NCBI GenBank assembly: GCA_048128005.1
Contig: JBEUKZ010000080.1
Span: 372,001 to 436,000, forward strand
Direction: 5' to 3'
Length of the DNA stretch: 64,000 nucleotides
From: Veleropilina oligotropha
Lineage: Eukaryota
The position numbers were made by a program, and so were the translations under genes. The stretch's first letter is position 1. Every line of letters begins with the position of its first letter. Under the pieces are notes generated by a model. It did not search any database and was not told the origin of the DNA. It was given only the letters and a program-made list of their open reading frames with translations. Of this stretch, positions 38,611-52,519 are shown piece after piece.

Positions 38611-38753
38611 TACGGTTTAACCATACTGATTGCCCAACAGATAATTTAATACGGTATTAATATTTAGTAGTATTATATATATTTAATATATATTATATCA
38701 CTAAATATTATATATTAAATAATTTGTTGGGCAATCAGTATGATTAAACCGTA
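38611..38753. mobile_element. 143-bp fold-back element (MITE-like)
   Basis: TACGGTTTAACCATACTGATTGCCCAACA and TGTTGGGCAATCAGTATGATTAAACCGTA are inverted arms around an AT-rich centre. Confidence 0.7.
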
Positions 38754-39227
38754 ACCATCATTATTAGTTATTATATTTGATTTTACTCTAACAGCCATTT
38801 TGTCTAGACAGTCATTTAGAGGTGCATTGTTTAACAAATTATCTCCGTTTCGGCTAGCGTTGCTATGGCAATGCGCGAGCGTTGAACAGGTGTCCTGCTA
38901 AATATAGCGCAAGCCATATATCGAGATTTTTTACACTGAAATCGAACAATATTTTACGTCTATGCATGCAGGGAGGTAATACACACAAGTCAAGTGTAAA
39001 TAAAACTGCACAACTGCGGACAATGTATGACACTAGCTGTTCTTCGATCAATTGCTGACACCTAAAATGGCACTGATTTAGATTGATAATTGTCTATATT
39101 TAGTTTGTCGCTGTCCATTATTATAATAGACACCTAGCCGAAATAATGGACAGCAGCCAATTAATAATAGACTATTACTTCATGCTTGCAGTACATTATG
39201 CCACATAATGGTTGCAAAGAACAGGGA

Positions 39228-39475
39228 GGAATGATGCTTAATATCCTGTATATTTACAACATCGAGGTTCAAGACAGGACATGTCCATGTTATCGCGGAG
39301 GAAACCGGTCGCCCGGGTAAACCCGCCCTCTTCGGCCAGTCGCGGACAACTGTGATTCATAACTTGAACAAATGTCAATGCCTCAGCCAGGTATTGAACC
39401 CACCACTGTTCGCATTATCGGAATCAAGCCAGTGAAGTTAGAGTGGACACTACCCACTGCGCTGCCGAAGCGGCC
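39228..39475 (-). mobile_element. tRNA-derived SINE (family S1), best-preserved copy
   Basis: Minus strand: GGCCGCTTCGGCAGCGCAGTGG (A-box-like), GGGTTCAATACC (B-box), then GGGTTTACCCGGGCGACCGGTTTCCTCC, resembling the conserved central domain of V/Meta-type SINEs. Confidence 0.7.
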
Positions 39476-39756
39476 TTGCAAAGAACAATGGGTGACGTCA
39501 CAGCTGTGATTTATACTGAAATATATAATGAAAAGGGACTTTTAAAATAGCATTTCTGTAAATAAAAGTCAATAGAATATATACGGCGCAATGCGTGAAC
39601 ATATCTATATTTATTTACCTAACGACATAATAATTATAATGCAACAAGTTTAGCCACTGTGGTTACATCTAAGCCAAAAAGTTTTAGTTGTTGAGTGACA
39701 ATAGCGACATGTACTGTAGCCAGACAATGTGTGACATGATCAAGCACAGTTAAAAT

Positions 39757-39990
39757 TAACAAGCCTGCATGACTACAGAGCCTGAGGTCAGTGCAAATGA
39801 ATCTTACTTGTCAAAATACAAATCTGCTATCCGATTCAGATCATCTTTGAGGAGGACCGAGTGTAGGGTGGCCCTTATATCGTGTGCATAAATTGAGTTA
39901 ATCGGATCAATGGTTGTTGAGATATGGTCGCAGACAGACAAACAGACCCGATTGCAATACCTTTCCCACACTACGTGGGCGAAGGTAATT
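39757..39990 (-). mobile_element. Short HINE-like element (family shared with 51031 and 63068)
   Basis: Minus strand: TTACCTTCGCCCAC...GGGAAAGGTATTGCAATCGGGTC, (GTCT)n and TATCTCAACAACC. Confidence 0.6.
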
Positions 39991-40466
39991 AGCGTTCGTT
40001 TTGATCCATGTGTATTTTACGCATGCCCTGCATTTTCCACAAAGTATTATATGGTACCGGAGTATTCGGCCCGAGAGCCTTATCCGATGTTAATCCCACG
40101 AATCGCAAATATATGATCGCCATTTTTCTGCAGTATCTCTGACCAAGGGCCAATACTACGTGTGATTTTCCAGTTCCATTCGACCCATTGTCAATTCTGA
40201 AATGTATGCATATCGATGTACATGTCTTACAGAAATTGTTTTTCTATTATTTAATTCTCGATGTAAATCCTTTTTGTTTGCCTAACGAGCTTCAAAACTG
40301 TCGCTTACAACTTGTAATCAATACCACGCATTTATCGTATATATATATCGTCCATTACATCTAATAAAACTGACATTTTTCCTTCAATCAGTCAAGGTAC
40401 CGTAAATATAATAATGCATTTTTCAAATATTTAAAAATTAACTTTGAATTTTCATTATTGATTTTG

Positions 40467-40662
40467 GGGGAGCATAATGGAGTGGATACGGTGCTGGTCT
40501 ACTAAACGGGAGGTCACGGGTTCAAGCCCCAGTAGTGCCAGGTATTTTCCCAATGATCGCTGCCTCAATTGCACACAGCGCCACTTCATTTCATCATTCA
40601 ATGTTGATTGACCCGATTTATAACTGAAATACTATTGACGTGGTCGTTAAACATAAATTCAT
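40467..40662 (+). mobile_element. tRNA-derived SINE (second family)
   Basis: tRNA-like head with GGAGGTCACGGGTTCAAGCCC B-box and a non-tRNA 3' tail ATAACTGAAATACTATTGACGTGGTCGTTAAAC. Confidence 0.55.
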
Positions 40663-40899
40663 TATCTCCAATATTCATTTCTTCTTTTGTCAAAGCAAAA
40701 ATTAAAAAATTAACAATCAGTTTTCATTTCTGTCGCCAAAGAAAATGAAAATGAAGAATTGAACGTTCATGTTTCATTTCGGGTCTCGACGAAAGAAAAA
40801 TTGAAAATTGCCACATAGGCCTATATACACATGGACCTCTCTCACTTGTTTTCAATTTGATTTTAAATGTTTGTATCTTCATGCGACAGGACTGACTAG

Positions 40900-41735
40900 C
40901 TAGCGGATCCAGGGGTGGGGGGGGGGTCCAGGGGGTCTGGACTCCCCTTTTGAAAATCAAAAATGCATATGCTTGAATGAGACATAAAACGAAAGAAATA
41001 CATTTGAGTGAAAACGGTTCATAGATGTTGGTAAGAAACATCGTGTTTGTACTGTCAGCATGTATGTGAGGGGGTTTCACACCGTTAATTGTCAAAAATG
41101 TTTGAGAAGCAGAGGGTCCGACTCCTCATGAAAATGAGAAATGCATGTGTTTTATTGCGAAAACCCCCGAAATATTTACTAATACATTTTAATGAAAACT
41201 GTTCATAATTGTTTGTAAGAAATATCGTGTTTGCACTGGAAGAATGCAGGAGAGGGGGTTTCACATCGTTAATTATCAAAAAAGTTGGGGTCTAGAAAAT
41301 ATAAAAAATGTTTGTCTGTCATTGTGAAAAAACGAAAAATTTCTTTATTCATTTTAGTGAAAAAAAATTGGTGTTTTAGTGTCAAAATAACTTTTTGGGG
41401 GATACAGGTGGTCTGGACCTCACGCTTGAAAGCAGAAATGCCAGGGGCGGATCTTGAGAGGTTTCGTGGGGGTTGGACTCCCCCTTGATGGCCCAAGTGC
41501 CCCTTTAATTGCCTCAGCCATTAAAAAACTCCAATGATTTAGATTGTGAAAAAAATTAAAACAATTACTCATACATATTAGTGAAAATGGTTCATAAATG
41601 TTGGCAAGAAATATCGCTTTTGCCCTGTCAGATTGCATGAGAGGACGTTTCAGGCTGTTGATTGTCAACATATTCTTTCTTATTACATTTGATGAAAATT
41701 GAACCTCTCGTTTTCAAAATCCTGGATCCTCGCCT
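40900..41735. mobile_element. Degenerate MITE(s) with GCGGATCCAGG / CCTGGATCC termini and ~180-bp internal repeats
   Basis: GCGGATCCAGG at ~40902, CCAGGGGCGGATCT at ~41441 and CCTGGATCC at ~41721. Repeated block at ~40997, 41181 and 41571. Related to 49121-49598. Confidence 0.55.
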
Positions 41736-41776
41736 CGACAGTCATACAAATTTAGTTGCCTTGAAAGGGAAAGCTA

Positions 41777-41990
41777 AGGATCGATGCTTAATATCCTGTA
41801 TATATTTACAACCATTATAAGCTCAAATCAGGAAAAGTCCATATTATCGAGAGAAGAAAGCCAGGTAGCCCGGGAAAACCTGTCCAGTTACGGAAAACTG
41901 TGATTCATAACTAAGAAATAATGTAATTATAATGTTCCAACCGTGGTTTGAACCCACTACTGTTCATGCCAGCGGAATCATGTCAGTCTA
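41777..41990 (-). mobile_element. SINE S1 copy (5' truncated)
   Basis: Body and B-box (GGGTTCAAACC) similar to 39228-39475. Confidence 0.6.
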
Positions 41991-42836
41991 AGCGCCCGTT
42001 TTTGTGAAGAGAGGAACTGTCCAAGCGACCATTTTTGTGAAGAAAGGAATTGAAAAAAGTTCATTATTCAGTTTTCAATTTGTGAATAGAAGAAATTACA
42101 CGGACCGACATCGATATGCCTACTATTCATAATAATGAATTTTATCCAACAAGCTGATGACAACAATGCATGAACAGTTTGTCACATGAAAAAAATGAAA
42201 ATGAATGAAAAATGAATTTTTATTTTGTGGACAAAACATGAAATGACAACCAATACACGGACCAAATACGCTCAAACGAGTGAACGGAGCAAAGTTATAA
42301 TTCTTTCAGGTGCGTGAGCGCTCGATCGGCGCATTTCTAATATCACATGAATTACTTCCCGTCATTTTGGCAATGTATATTGTATTATAATATATACAGT
42401 ATATTTATTTATATATACCGGCTAGAAACATAATTTTATGACACAGAACGTTTGTTAGCTATTGCTAAGCTTTTCGCATGCTGATAGTTTTGTGAAGATT
42501 ATTTAGACAAGGCCGCATTAACAATTCTAGGCCATGGGCCGAAGCCAATATATGTCATCCTAAATGATGAAGTGCTGCAACCTAAGGGGTGAATACAAGA
42601 ACTTTACAGAAAAAGTATCTCCATTATCTCCTTGTTGATAAACAACAATGTTTTCCTAAATATATGTGGTCACTAAGAAGTAATTTAACGTTAAAGTGAC
42701 CATTGCTCGTAAATTTGTGACTATGCAGCATGACGGAAGACCTCTATCGCACGTTTCGCGCAGATTGATTCAATTTTCACTGGTATGATCAAATGATAGA
42801 TTTTTATTGAAATTATTATTGTAACTAGGCAATATA

Positions 42837-43228
42837 CAGGGTGTTTCAAAAGTATATGTCACATTCTAAGTACTCATATCTCTGGAACTACAAATGGTAG
42901 CAGAATGACACTGGTACGATTTTAAAGCTGAAGGCATGAAGACTCAAATAACTGAAGCCTTGGCTACTGTCGACCACGATATGCTCGTGCGCGTTTGGGA
43001 AGAAATGGACTATCGTTTGGATGTGTGCCGTGTAACCGACGGCGCACACATCGAACATCTCTAAAATTGTTAATAAAACCTTTATTTCTTTGACTTTTGT
43101 TTTCAATTTTTTTGTACTTGAAACTTAATAATATTAGCTTTCATAAGATATAAGTAGTGTTTTTATATCTTCCGTAATTATAGATATATGAAGAGTCCAT
43201 ATGTGACATATACTTTTGAAACACCCTG
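42837..43228 (+). mobile_element. Mariner-like internal-deletion derivative (392 bp) retaining the transposase C-terminus
   Basis: Perfect 27-bp TIRs CAGGGTGTTTCAAAAGTATATGTCACA and TA TSD. Internal frame ITEALATVDHDMLVRVWEEMDYRLDVCRVTDGAHIEHL*, typical of rosa/maT-type mariner transposase ends. Confidence 0.92.
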
Positions 43229-44769
43229 TATATTATTGCCAAACATAAACCTATCTTGACGAGTATAAACCTACGCAACTTTGCTTCAGCTTGGTCAATT
43301 GGAAATATCACACGGTGCGAGGTGGTTAAAAATGGATGACTTTCAATTATTATTTCATCTTCAGTAGCAATTAATTTAGACGATAGAAAATTACTGACAG
43401 AAGTTGAATATTAAAAAAATATATTATAAACGAAAATTGTAATGCGGTTAGTTTTCTTTTCAAAGAATGACAATCAAAATTTTGCTGAAATTCGACAACA
43501 ATATGTGTAATTTGCATTGTACGGAAACATATTTAGGACACCATTTATATACTAGTATACTAAATTTGGCAAAATGTTCAGCCTATTGCCATGGATTATC
43601 TCACAAAACAATATAGTAATCTATTAATGCTGTTTTAATACATGCATATATGAAAAAAATATGTTTGTTGTATCTTCACTGATAGACGTGACATTATTTG
43701 TTCAGTTATGAATCACAGTAGTCTATAACTGCATGATCGAAGAGGGTGGATTTCCCCAAGCGATATTTAAACAAGATAATTGCAACAGATAATTTATTAG
43801 AAAGACTTCGGCCTATAGAATAACATATCAATTAAGTCTAAAAATAAAAGGAAATATTAGTAAATTTTGATTAAATATCTCACTGTAATATTTCTCCCAT
43901 TTTTGCAAATCGGTGACGTTTCATGGGTTAAAATGACATATTGTGATGTTTAATAAAAAAACATGTCACACTATATGATTACTTGGTAACTGATAGAGGG
44001 CACAGATACTATGAACAAGTCCTGCCCTGAATCCGATGGTTGTAAATATACAGGACAGTATATGCATCAATCCATCCATCTATGATATCTAAACTTGGTA
44101 AATTATGTATGTTCAAAATGTTTATATTTGTTTCGTGTATATATACATGCAGTAGACAATCATCTTTTAAAATATCCAGATTACTTTGAAATTTGAATAA
44201 TGATATTACATAATATTACAAGTATTGACATATGACATTATTGATATGCTTAAATAATAAATTGAATGTTGATAATGGCAGGCTTAAACTTCATCTCGTC
44301 TGATGTTGCTCACAGGGTACGTTGACTCGCTGTCTCGGGATAATGTTAAACATGTACACTTTGCATCAACAAGGGAGTAGTTGGTAATGAAAGCAGAGCT
44401 ATATATCGTGATGTACTGGTAGGTGAGTTGACATGATTGTGGGCTCTCAATTTATTGGCTTGGCTGCTCTCTATTACAAGAGTGAATTCGTGTTCTCAGT
44501 TGTCCAAAACTGGTCTTGAGGTGGGCTTTCCTCCAGTGATAATATGGACGTGACCTCGCATGAACCTGAAGATTGTTATAACGGAGCAAAAATCAAAGTT
44601 TTATCTGAAATAAAGTATCCTTTACAGTGCAGTTTTTGTTGACAAGTCAATATTACAGACAGCTAGGTTTCCAATTTAAAGCATTTGTGAACATATAGGA
44701 TCGGGATGATGATAATGCCATCATGTATTTATTATTTCTGTTATTAGTAGCGGGGTCAAACGTCGGCAG

Positions 44770-44925
44770 AGGCAGCACACATTTGTTTAAGTTAAGAATT
44801 ACAGTTGTCCGTAACTGGCCTGAGAGGGAGGGGCGACAGGGCTTTCCTCTGCGATAATATGGACATGTCCTGCTTTGAAGCAAATGATGGTTGGAAATAT
44901 ACAGAACATTAAGCATCGATCCTTT
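44770..44925 (+). mobile_element. SINE S1 fragment
   Basis: ACAGTTGTCCGTAACTGGCC...TTTCCTCTGCGATAATATGGACATGTCC body. Confidence 0.6.
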
Positions 44926-45474
44926 CCTTTTCATTTTATTAGTTGCGCCATGATTTAGATTACTAATATTGCTGCCCTTAACGTGTGAAAATGTATTGTA
45001 ATTAGTGATGACAGATGCGAGGTGGAGTCATTACTCCTGATGTGTGATCAATTATTGCAAAACGGGTTGATATTGTATCGACTCTCCCAAAATTATACGC
45101 CCTCTATCTGTTATAAACTGGTCAATTTAAGTAAAAGTATTCATTTTATTAAACTTTAAAGACAACTCTTTTCATATAAACTACTATTACTTTCTAAAAA
45201 TATGTACATACAATATAATATTATATGTACATGTATATTGATAAATAAAGCCATTGACACGATGTTGCGACAACATTTTGATATTGTTGGAATAAATTTC
45301 AGATTAGGGTAGTTATGTAACAATCATGCCTATACTGAACAGTGAAGTTTTTGATGAACAGTTATCACAATTCTTTCTGTATCAACAACCACTGTTTCAA
45401 AGAAAAGATTATTTGTTAAAGTGGTTATTTTCAATATATCACCATTCTCAATGAGCCTTTTCTCTATGATATCT

Positions 45475-45725
45475 GGCCGCCCCGTAGTCGTGTGGTGTTG
45501 AGTGCCGAATCTGTATTCACTGGCTCGATTGCGCTAACATAACTTTAATTGTTTGAATCTCGGCTGGCACATTAACATTCCTTGTTCATTTATCAATCAC
45601 AATTGTCTGCAACTGGCCTTAGAGGGTGGGTTTCCTCGGTCTTTCCACCCACGATAATATGGACATGTCCAACCTTGAATCTGATAGTTGTAAATATACA
45701 GGATATTTAGCATCAGTCCATCCAT
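45475..45725 (+). mobile_element. SINE S1 copy
   Basis: GGCCGCCCCGTAGTCG head and body as in the other copies. Confidence 0.6.
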
Positions 45726-47242
45726 CTGCGATATCTGAACAAACTGAAACAGATCAAATGAATTAGAGAGTTGTCTTCCACAGTATTTGTACCATGATGC
45801 GTGTTCACGCGCCACAATGCACTTCTTGTCAAAATCTCCTATTAATACATATGTCGGATGTCGACAAATTGCAAATATTTGCTATAAAAAATGTTAATGA
45901 CATATAATCTAATTTTACTGTTACAGTAGAGGAAAATATGGCTTAGTAATGTTATAGGCCCACATATAAATTGTAACTCCCTGGCGTTACGGGAGTTCGG
46001 ACAGGAAGAAATGGGTTCAAAAATAATATAGCATTTTTTTATTTAAAGTAAATATACATTATTTCAACTCTTTTTATACTGAAATAATCATAATTTTAAG
46101 GAATACATGGTCTGGGTAACGATATACACATACATTTTAACTCCCATGCGCTTGTTAGTGTGATCCAGCGTCATAAACTTATGATATACAGCTAAACAGC
46201 GTATATGGTAACATGCTGTTTCAGGACCGGACTGAATGGAAATGCTTTATTCTGATTGGTCAATTTGAGAAGAAACATAAATGATTTAAAATGCTTTTAA
46301 TTTTTTAGTGACCACAAATTTTAGGGAAAACATTGACTTTATGAGTTCACCACTACCTAATCTTAATTTACATTCAGAGATATCCCCTTCACCCCTTACA
46401 CTGCAGCACTTTGTCACAATAACACAGCTCGGCCCACGTCCTTTACAATCTGTCAACAATATGCAGGTGCTGCGGAGCTATTATTAAATGATACAATGTT
46501 TCGTAATACGTCACGCATACCGAGTAGTTCATCACGTTTAGGCTACATATATAGCGGGGTGACGTCACGGCTGTATTTTCTTGGTTCTCGAAATTGGCGT
46601 TTGGGATGTGTGCATATAAATCAGATAATATATTTCTCTAGAAAAATGTAATCTACTTTTAAAGTGTATAATGGTGCATATTATGCACCAACATATTAAA
46701 TGACAAACATTGTAACGTTCGCTTTGATGTCAGACGTGCAATATTACGTACACTCGTGACTGTCGAAGGTTATTAATTATGTTTGCAGGCTCACGAAATT
46801 TTCTTTGCTGAAATATGATTCTAATTTGTTAATATTTAATTATGTTTCATGATTCATTTAAAATTTTATATTGATTGTTCGAAATGAAAGGAATTAAACC
46901 ACCATTATCGCTTATTTACTGTGAAATTGACCAGGTATCCGAAACGTGGTAACTTCGAGCAAGTAGCCCGAACGTGGCCCGTATAATTTCTATATGCTAC
47001 CGGTTTCCGCAACGTGGTGATTTTCTATGAGCATTATGCACCTCACCTTCGGGTCACCGGCTATAACATTATATCTTTAATTATAATAAATACGCCAAAT
47101 TCTTTATACAGATATGAATAAGTAAACCTTCATCAGTTGGTAATTAACGAAAATAGCACCGAGAGTCCATTAGAACTAGATTTACAAACGGTAACCCGAA
47201 CGTGCAATATTCCGGCAAGTAGCCTATACGTGGGATTTCCCC

Positions 47243-47587
<345 letters not shown>

Positions 47588-49120
47588 GATATAGATATAG
47601 ACACCTGTCACGGACAATCGGGTTAAATATTTAGTATTATTTACCACTTATTTGTTATTTTAAATATGAGATACTAGTATATGGATAAATGAAGATTCAG
47701 AACTGCATAGATCAGCGTGGTGTGTTGTCTTTTACAGGCTGTCATAATTGATATTTTTCACGGAGGCATATTACAGGCGTGGACGTAGAGAAATTCAAAT
47801 TCAACAGATTCGTTTCCGCTGGCAAGGGGGGGGGGGGCGGAGCGGATCGCCCCCCCCCCCTCCTTTTGTCAACGGAACCGAATCTGTTCAAATTAAATTT
47901 TTCTGCAAAAGTTATGCATTATGATACTTTTAATAAAACCAAAAGCCTATTTTGTATATAAACTTGATATTTTTAATATTCAAATTAATATCTACAATAA
48001 ATGTCACAGTTTTTAACAAATTCGATGGTCTATGAAGTCTGAATCGATAACGTTTGAATTTCCGTACCGTTACCCCTCATTTTGTCAATGATTTAAATTT
48101 CTCTTGTGACCGAAATGAACCTATTATTGACATGTTTCATAGTATATGTCAATTTTCAACCTCAATTTAAAACCACTCGTACATAGTGATGATAAACATC
48201 TTATTTGCACTCTCATGATGCAGGAAATTGAGAGATTTACGCCGTTAATTATCAATATTTTCCTCCGCATACAACATATTCCATAGTACATCATAACATG
48301 ATGATGTCAATTTGCATTATTTTACTCATTTAGTAGCGAAAATGGTGTTAAATGTTAATAAAAACACGTCGTATTTGTATTTTCAGAATGCATGAGAGAG
48401 GTTTCATAATATTAATTATCACAATTTTCAGCATTTTATTCATACATAGTTGTGAAAATATTCATTAAAATATGATTAATTATTATGAAAATATGACATT
48501 ACAAATACAAAATATTGTAAAATTATTTTTCACACAAATTATTACATTTAGCATAACATAATACTATTACATTATATAAGTGCATTTGATTGAATACTAG
48601 TAAATTTACTTTTATGATTATTTAAAAAACAAATTTAATGAATATTTACACAAGTTTCATTTTGAAAATGTATTATTTATTGTAGGCCCTAGTATATTCA
48701 ATAATTAAAGTATATATTATTTAATATTTTATGATATTTATGATGTACATAATAAAATTTACTTATTTTTTTACATATTTAATTTAATACATTTTATTTA
48801 TATATTTAATGCAATCAATTTTACTTTTTTACTTTCACTTTTATTTATGAATTTAACCATAAATAAAATTAATTTATGTATATAAATAATACTCGATAGA
48901 GGTTTAAAATGTGTTTGCTAGTTGGAAGAACAGGAAAATAAATGCACATTTAATTAATTTACATTTTAAGGCCGTGGTGGCACTATAAAATTCTGTATGC
49001 CGGGACGTGCTCATTTCTGATTTTGGGAGCGGACAGAGAATATCGACGAAGCGACACTATAAACAATATGATTGGTTGACAAATTGGGGAAACAAGACTG
49101 CGACTTTGATTGACAGTTCT

Positions 49121-49598
49121 CACGCGCGGATCCAGGGGGCGCACCCGGCGCCCCCCCCCCCCCAAAAGCTGGTCAATCATACTAAAATAATATGTATAAT
49201 CTGATACAAATGACTTTCAGAACATTACTAAATAGGCCTACCCCAAAATACTAACGTTGAATTGTATTACTATTAGCTTTTACAATGTAATAATGCAGGA
49301 GGGGGAGATTTCACTCTGTTAATTGTCAAAATTATCTTGTGCGTGGGGCCCCGACCCCCACGCGGACAATGCCATTAGACAAAATAAAATAAAAATTAGA
49401 CTCGTGCTATTTTATTGACGGTGGTTCGTAAAACGTTAGAATGAAATATCGCTTTTTCCCTGGAGAGATGGTTTCAGGCTGTTGATTGTCAAAATGTTCC
49501 TTCGCGTGGGGCCCCGCTCCCACGCGAGCAATTGATAGTAAATTCAGCCCCCCCCCCCCCCACCCCCTCCATAAGCAAGAATCCTGGATCCGCACCTG
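49121..49598. mobile_element. MITE with CA(C/G)G(C/T)GCGGATCCAGG termini
   Basis: CACGCGCGGATCCAGG and CCTGGATCCGCACCTG. Flanks GTTCT/GTTCC (possible 5-bp TSD). Internal duplicated block GCGTGGGGCCCCG...CCACGCG. Confidence 0.7.
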
Positions 49599-50727
49599 GT
49601 TCCATAACAAAAGCAGTGCCTAATTACTGTGATGTAATGCTGTGTTGTTTTAGTGTAGGCAATTAACTTCACAGGCAAGTTAGAATTACCGACGACAGAT
49701 GGTCACGCTTCAAAAGCGTAGGCATCGCCTACCTGCCTATCCATACCTGACGGGTGGTTGCATTTTCCGGCCTTTAAAGAAAATTAAAAACATAATATCT
49801 GCTATGAAGATTTAAGGGCCGTATGCGCAAGCCGAACATTGAGTAAAGTCAAACTTTGGGTAGTGTTTAAAATATATCTAAAATATAATTTGTTTTAATT
49901 TAGGAAGTACATTATTGCCACTACGGTGGGGTTTTGTATGACTGTCAGTAATGCGCTTCCTATAAATTATCCTAAACCCAAACAGACTCCAATTTAAATC
50001 ATTTAAAAATTTACCCAAAAGCTTGACTTTACGGCCTAAAGGCGACATTCCATATATGCGGCAATGTGGCAACGACATCCGGCAAAAATCGAAATGGTCA
50101 TTTAATGAAAAAGAGATTCCATATATGCGTCAACGGCATCAGACAACGACATCCGGCAAAACGATGCCGTTGCCGCAGGGTTACCGGATGTTGAATTCCA
50201 CAATATGACATTCTTTTAAGGTCTTCCCCAGACTTTCGGCGCCAAATTAAACCAACTACAGAACCTGATAATAGATTTATTCCCACTTTTCCCATTTTCC
50301 CACCTCTACACATACTCCCTTGTCTCAATTTCAATTTATCCGATTGCAGTGAGTACATAATACAAAAAACTATAGCTTGTTTAACTGTGTTCGCTATAGA
50401 TTATATAAGAACAACAATGAAATTGGCGAATTGCATGTACTTGCAAGTTGATATTTTGTTATTTTTTTTACATAAAAGCGTTATCCGGAACATTTATAAG
50501 TTTTCACTAGAGAAATGTAGGCCTATATAATTATATATATGTCACAATATTTATCTTTTTCATCAATGATTTCATATGTTGAACTACCGGCATGTTTCCA
50601 ACGATAATAATATTAGTTTTGGCAGCCAACTTCTCAAGTAGATGAATCGAAATATTTTGGTCCAGCAATGTCTGTTGGACCAAGGCCTTAGTTCCGCAAG
50701 AAGTAACGAAATACAAATAATACCGTG

Positions 50728-50910
50728 TGTTGCAACCGTAAATGTAATAAAAACCAAACATGTAATAATTATTACATTTACGGTTGATTGCAACCGTTAA
50801 TGTAATAATTATTACATTATGGTTGCATTGCAACCGCAAATGTAATAATTATTACATTTACGGTTACACTGCAACCGTTAATGTAATAATTATTACATTT
50901 ACCGTTGCGA
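50728..50910. repeat. Tandem array of ~41-bp self-palindromic units
   Basis: Consensus CAACCGTAAATGTAATAATTATTACATTTACGGTTG equals its own reverse complement. About 4.5 copies. Confidence 0.85.
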
Positions 50911-51030
50911 TACCACACTCCACTAAAACTGTCATGGTAGTTACATGTGTTAAATGTAATAATTATATACTATGAAAGTTTGACACCATGATTGCTGCAC
51001 CGTACTGTATGCATACCCTTGCAGGTTGAA

Positions 51031-51440
51031 TTATTACCTCCACCTACGGATTAGTGGGGGAAGATATTGCAATTGGGTCGGTTTGTGCGTATGTTTGTCT
51101 GTCTGTTCGCGATTGTTTCTCTGCATCTACTTGTCATATTTCTTTCGTATTTTACACAATTAAGGTTTGGGATCACTGTATTCATGGAAATACAACAACA
51201 AATATCCAGATCCAGATTTAATGACGCCATTTCCGATTTTCCTTTTTTCTTTTCCACCGTAGCATGTATTAGGAGTAGTGAATTCTGACTTCGCAACAGT
51301 ATTCATGGAAATACAACAACATTATCCAGATCCAGATTTAATGACGCCATTTCCGATTTTGCTTTTTCCTTTTCCACCCTAGCATTTATTAGTAGTGATT
51401 TTTGACTTTCACCATTGTGTTCCTTGTCGTTGGAAAGACC
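51031..51440 (+). mobile_element. HINE-like element with two ~121-bp repeats
   Basis: TTATTACCTCCAC...GTGGGGGAAGATATTGCAATTGGGTCG and (GTCT)n. Repeats at 51181 and 51302. Body similar to 5030-5340. Confidence 0.6.
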
Positions 51441-52519
51441 AGTCTTTCGGCGCCAAATTAAACCAACTACAGAACCTGATAACAGGTTTATTTTCACTTT
51501 CCCATTTTCCCACCTCTACGCATACTCCCTTGTCCCAATTTCAATTTATCCGATTGCAGTGAGTAACTAATAAAAAAAACTATAGCCTGTTAAACTGTGT
51601 TCACTTGGCTATAGACTACTAGTATATAAGAACAATAATGAAATTGGCGAATTGCATGTATTTGCAAGTTGATATTCTGTTATTTTTTTATATAAAAGCG
51701 TTATCAGGAATATTTACAAGTTTTTTACGGGAGAAATGTAGGCCTATATATCACAATATTTTTTATTTTTCAACAATGATTTCATATGTCGAACTACCGG
51801 CATGTTCCCAACTATAATAATATTAGTAATCTATAGTCACAATATTTTTTTAATTTTCGTTACTGCTTTGTAATGAAGAACAAAGTACTTTTTAGAATAT
51901 CAGCATCTGAGCTTCAGAATCAGTATTTGACCAGCTATGTCGTGAAACCCGTCCTCTTCGATCAGTTTCGGACAACTGTGTCTCAAATAATAACTAAACT
52001 TGAACAAATACATTCGTCCCAACCAGTGATTTTTCGGAGTTCACAACCGAACCCACACAGCTATGCTTGCGTAGCGGCCCCGGGTTAAATTTAAAAAAAT
52101 ATATATTATATTATGTTACACCATGTTTACGATGAATGCATTTACTATATATTTTATGGTCACTACATTCCATGTTAGATAAATGAGTATGATTCATTGC
52201 CGCTTGCCGCATGCGGCATATATGGAATGCCAGCGTTAATGCCTGATGACGTTGCCGCATACTAGTAGGCCTATATGGAATGCCACCTTAAATCTGTTAT
52301 CAGGTTCTGTTGTTGGTTTAATTTGGCGCCGAAAGACTGTACTAGGGAAGCCCTTAAAAATTTATTTCATATGGTGAAATTACCCGTTCGGTAACCCTGC
52401 GGCAACGGCATCGTTTTGCGGGATGCCGTTTCCCGATGCCATTGGCGCATATGGAATCTCTCCTTCATTAAATGACTAATTTCGATTTTTGTCGGATGCC
52501 GTTGCCGCATTGCCGCATA

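Larger units (their letters stand above)
50039..52289. mobile_element. Rearranged Harbinger-like non-autonomous element with internal duplication
   Basis: Termini AAGGCGACATTCCATAT and ATATGGAATGCCACCTT with GCGGCAA subterminal repeats. 50232-50620 is duplicated at 51441-51830. Confidence 0.55.

Noticed and set aside
38859..38872. RFX X-box-like site, and CRE palindromes near 39493 and 46560
   Set aside because: Isolated short motifs in repeat-derived DNA with no associated gene.
40467..40545. tRNA gene
   Set aside because: A B-box is present but there is no acceptor stem or T-run terminator. It continues into a SINE-like tail.
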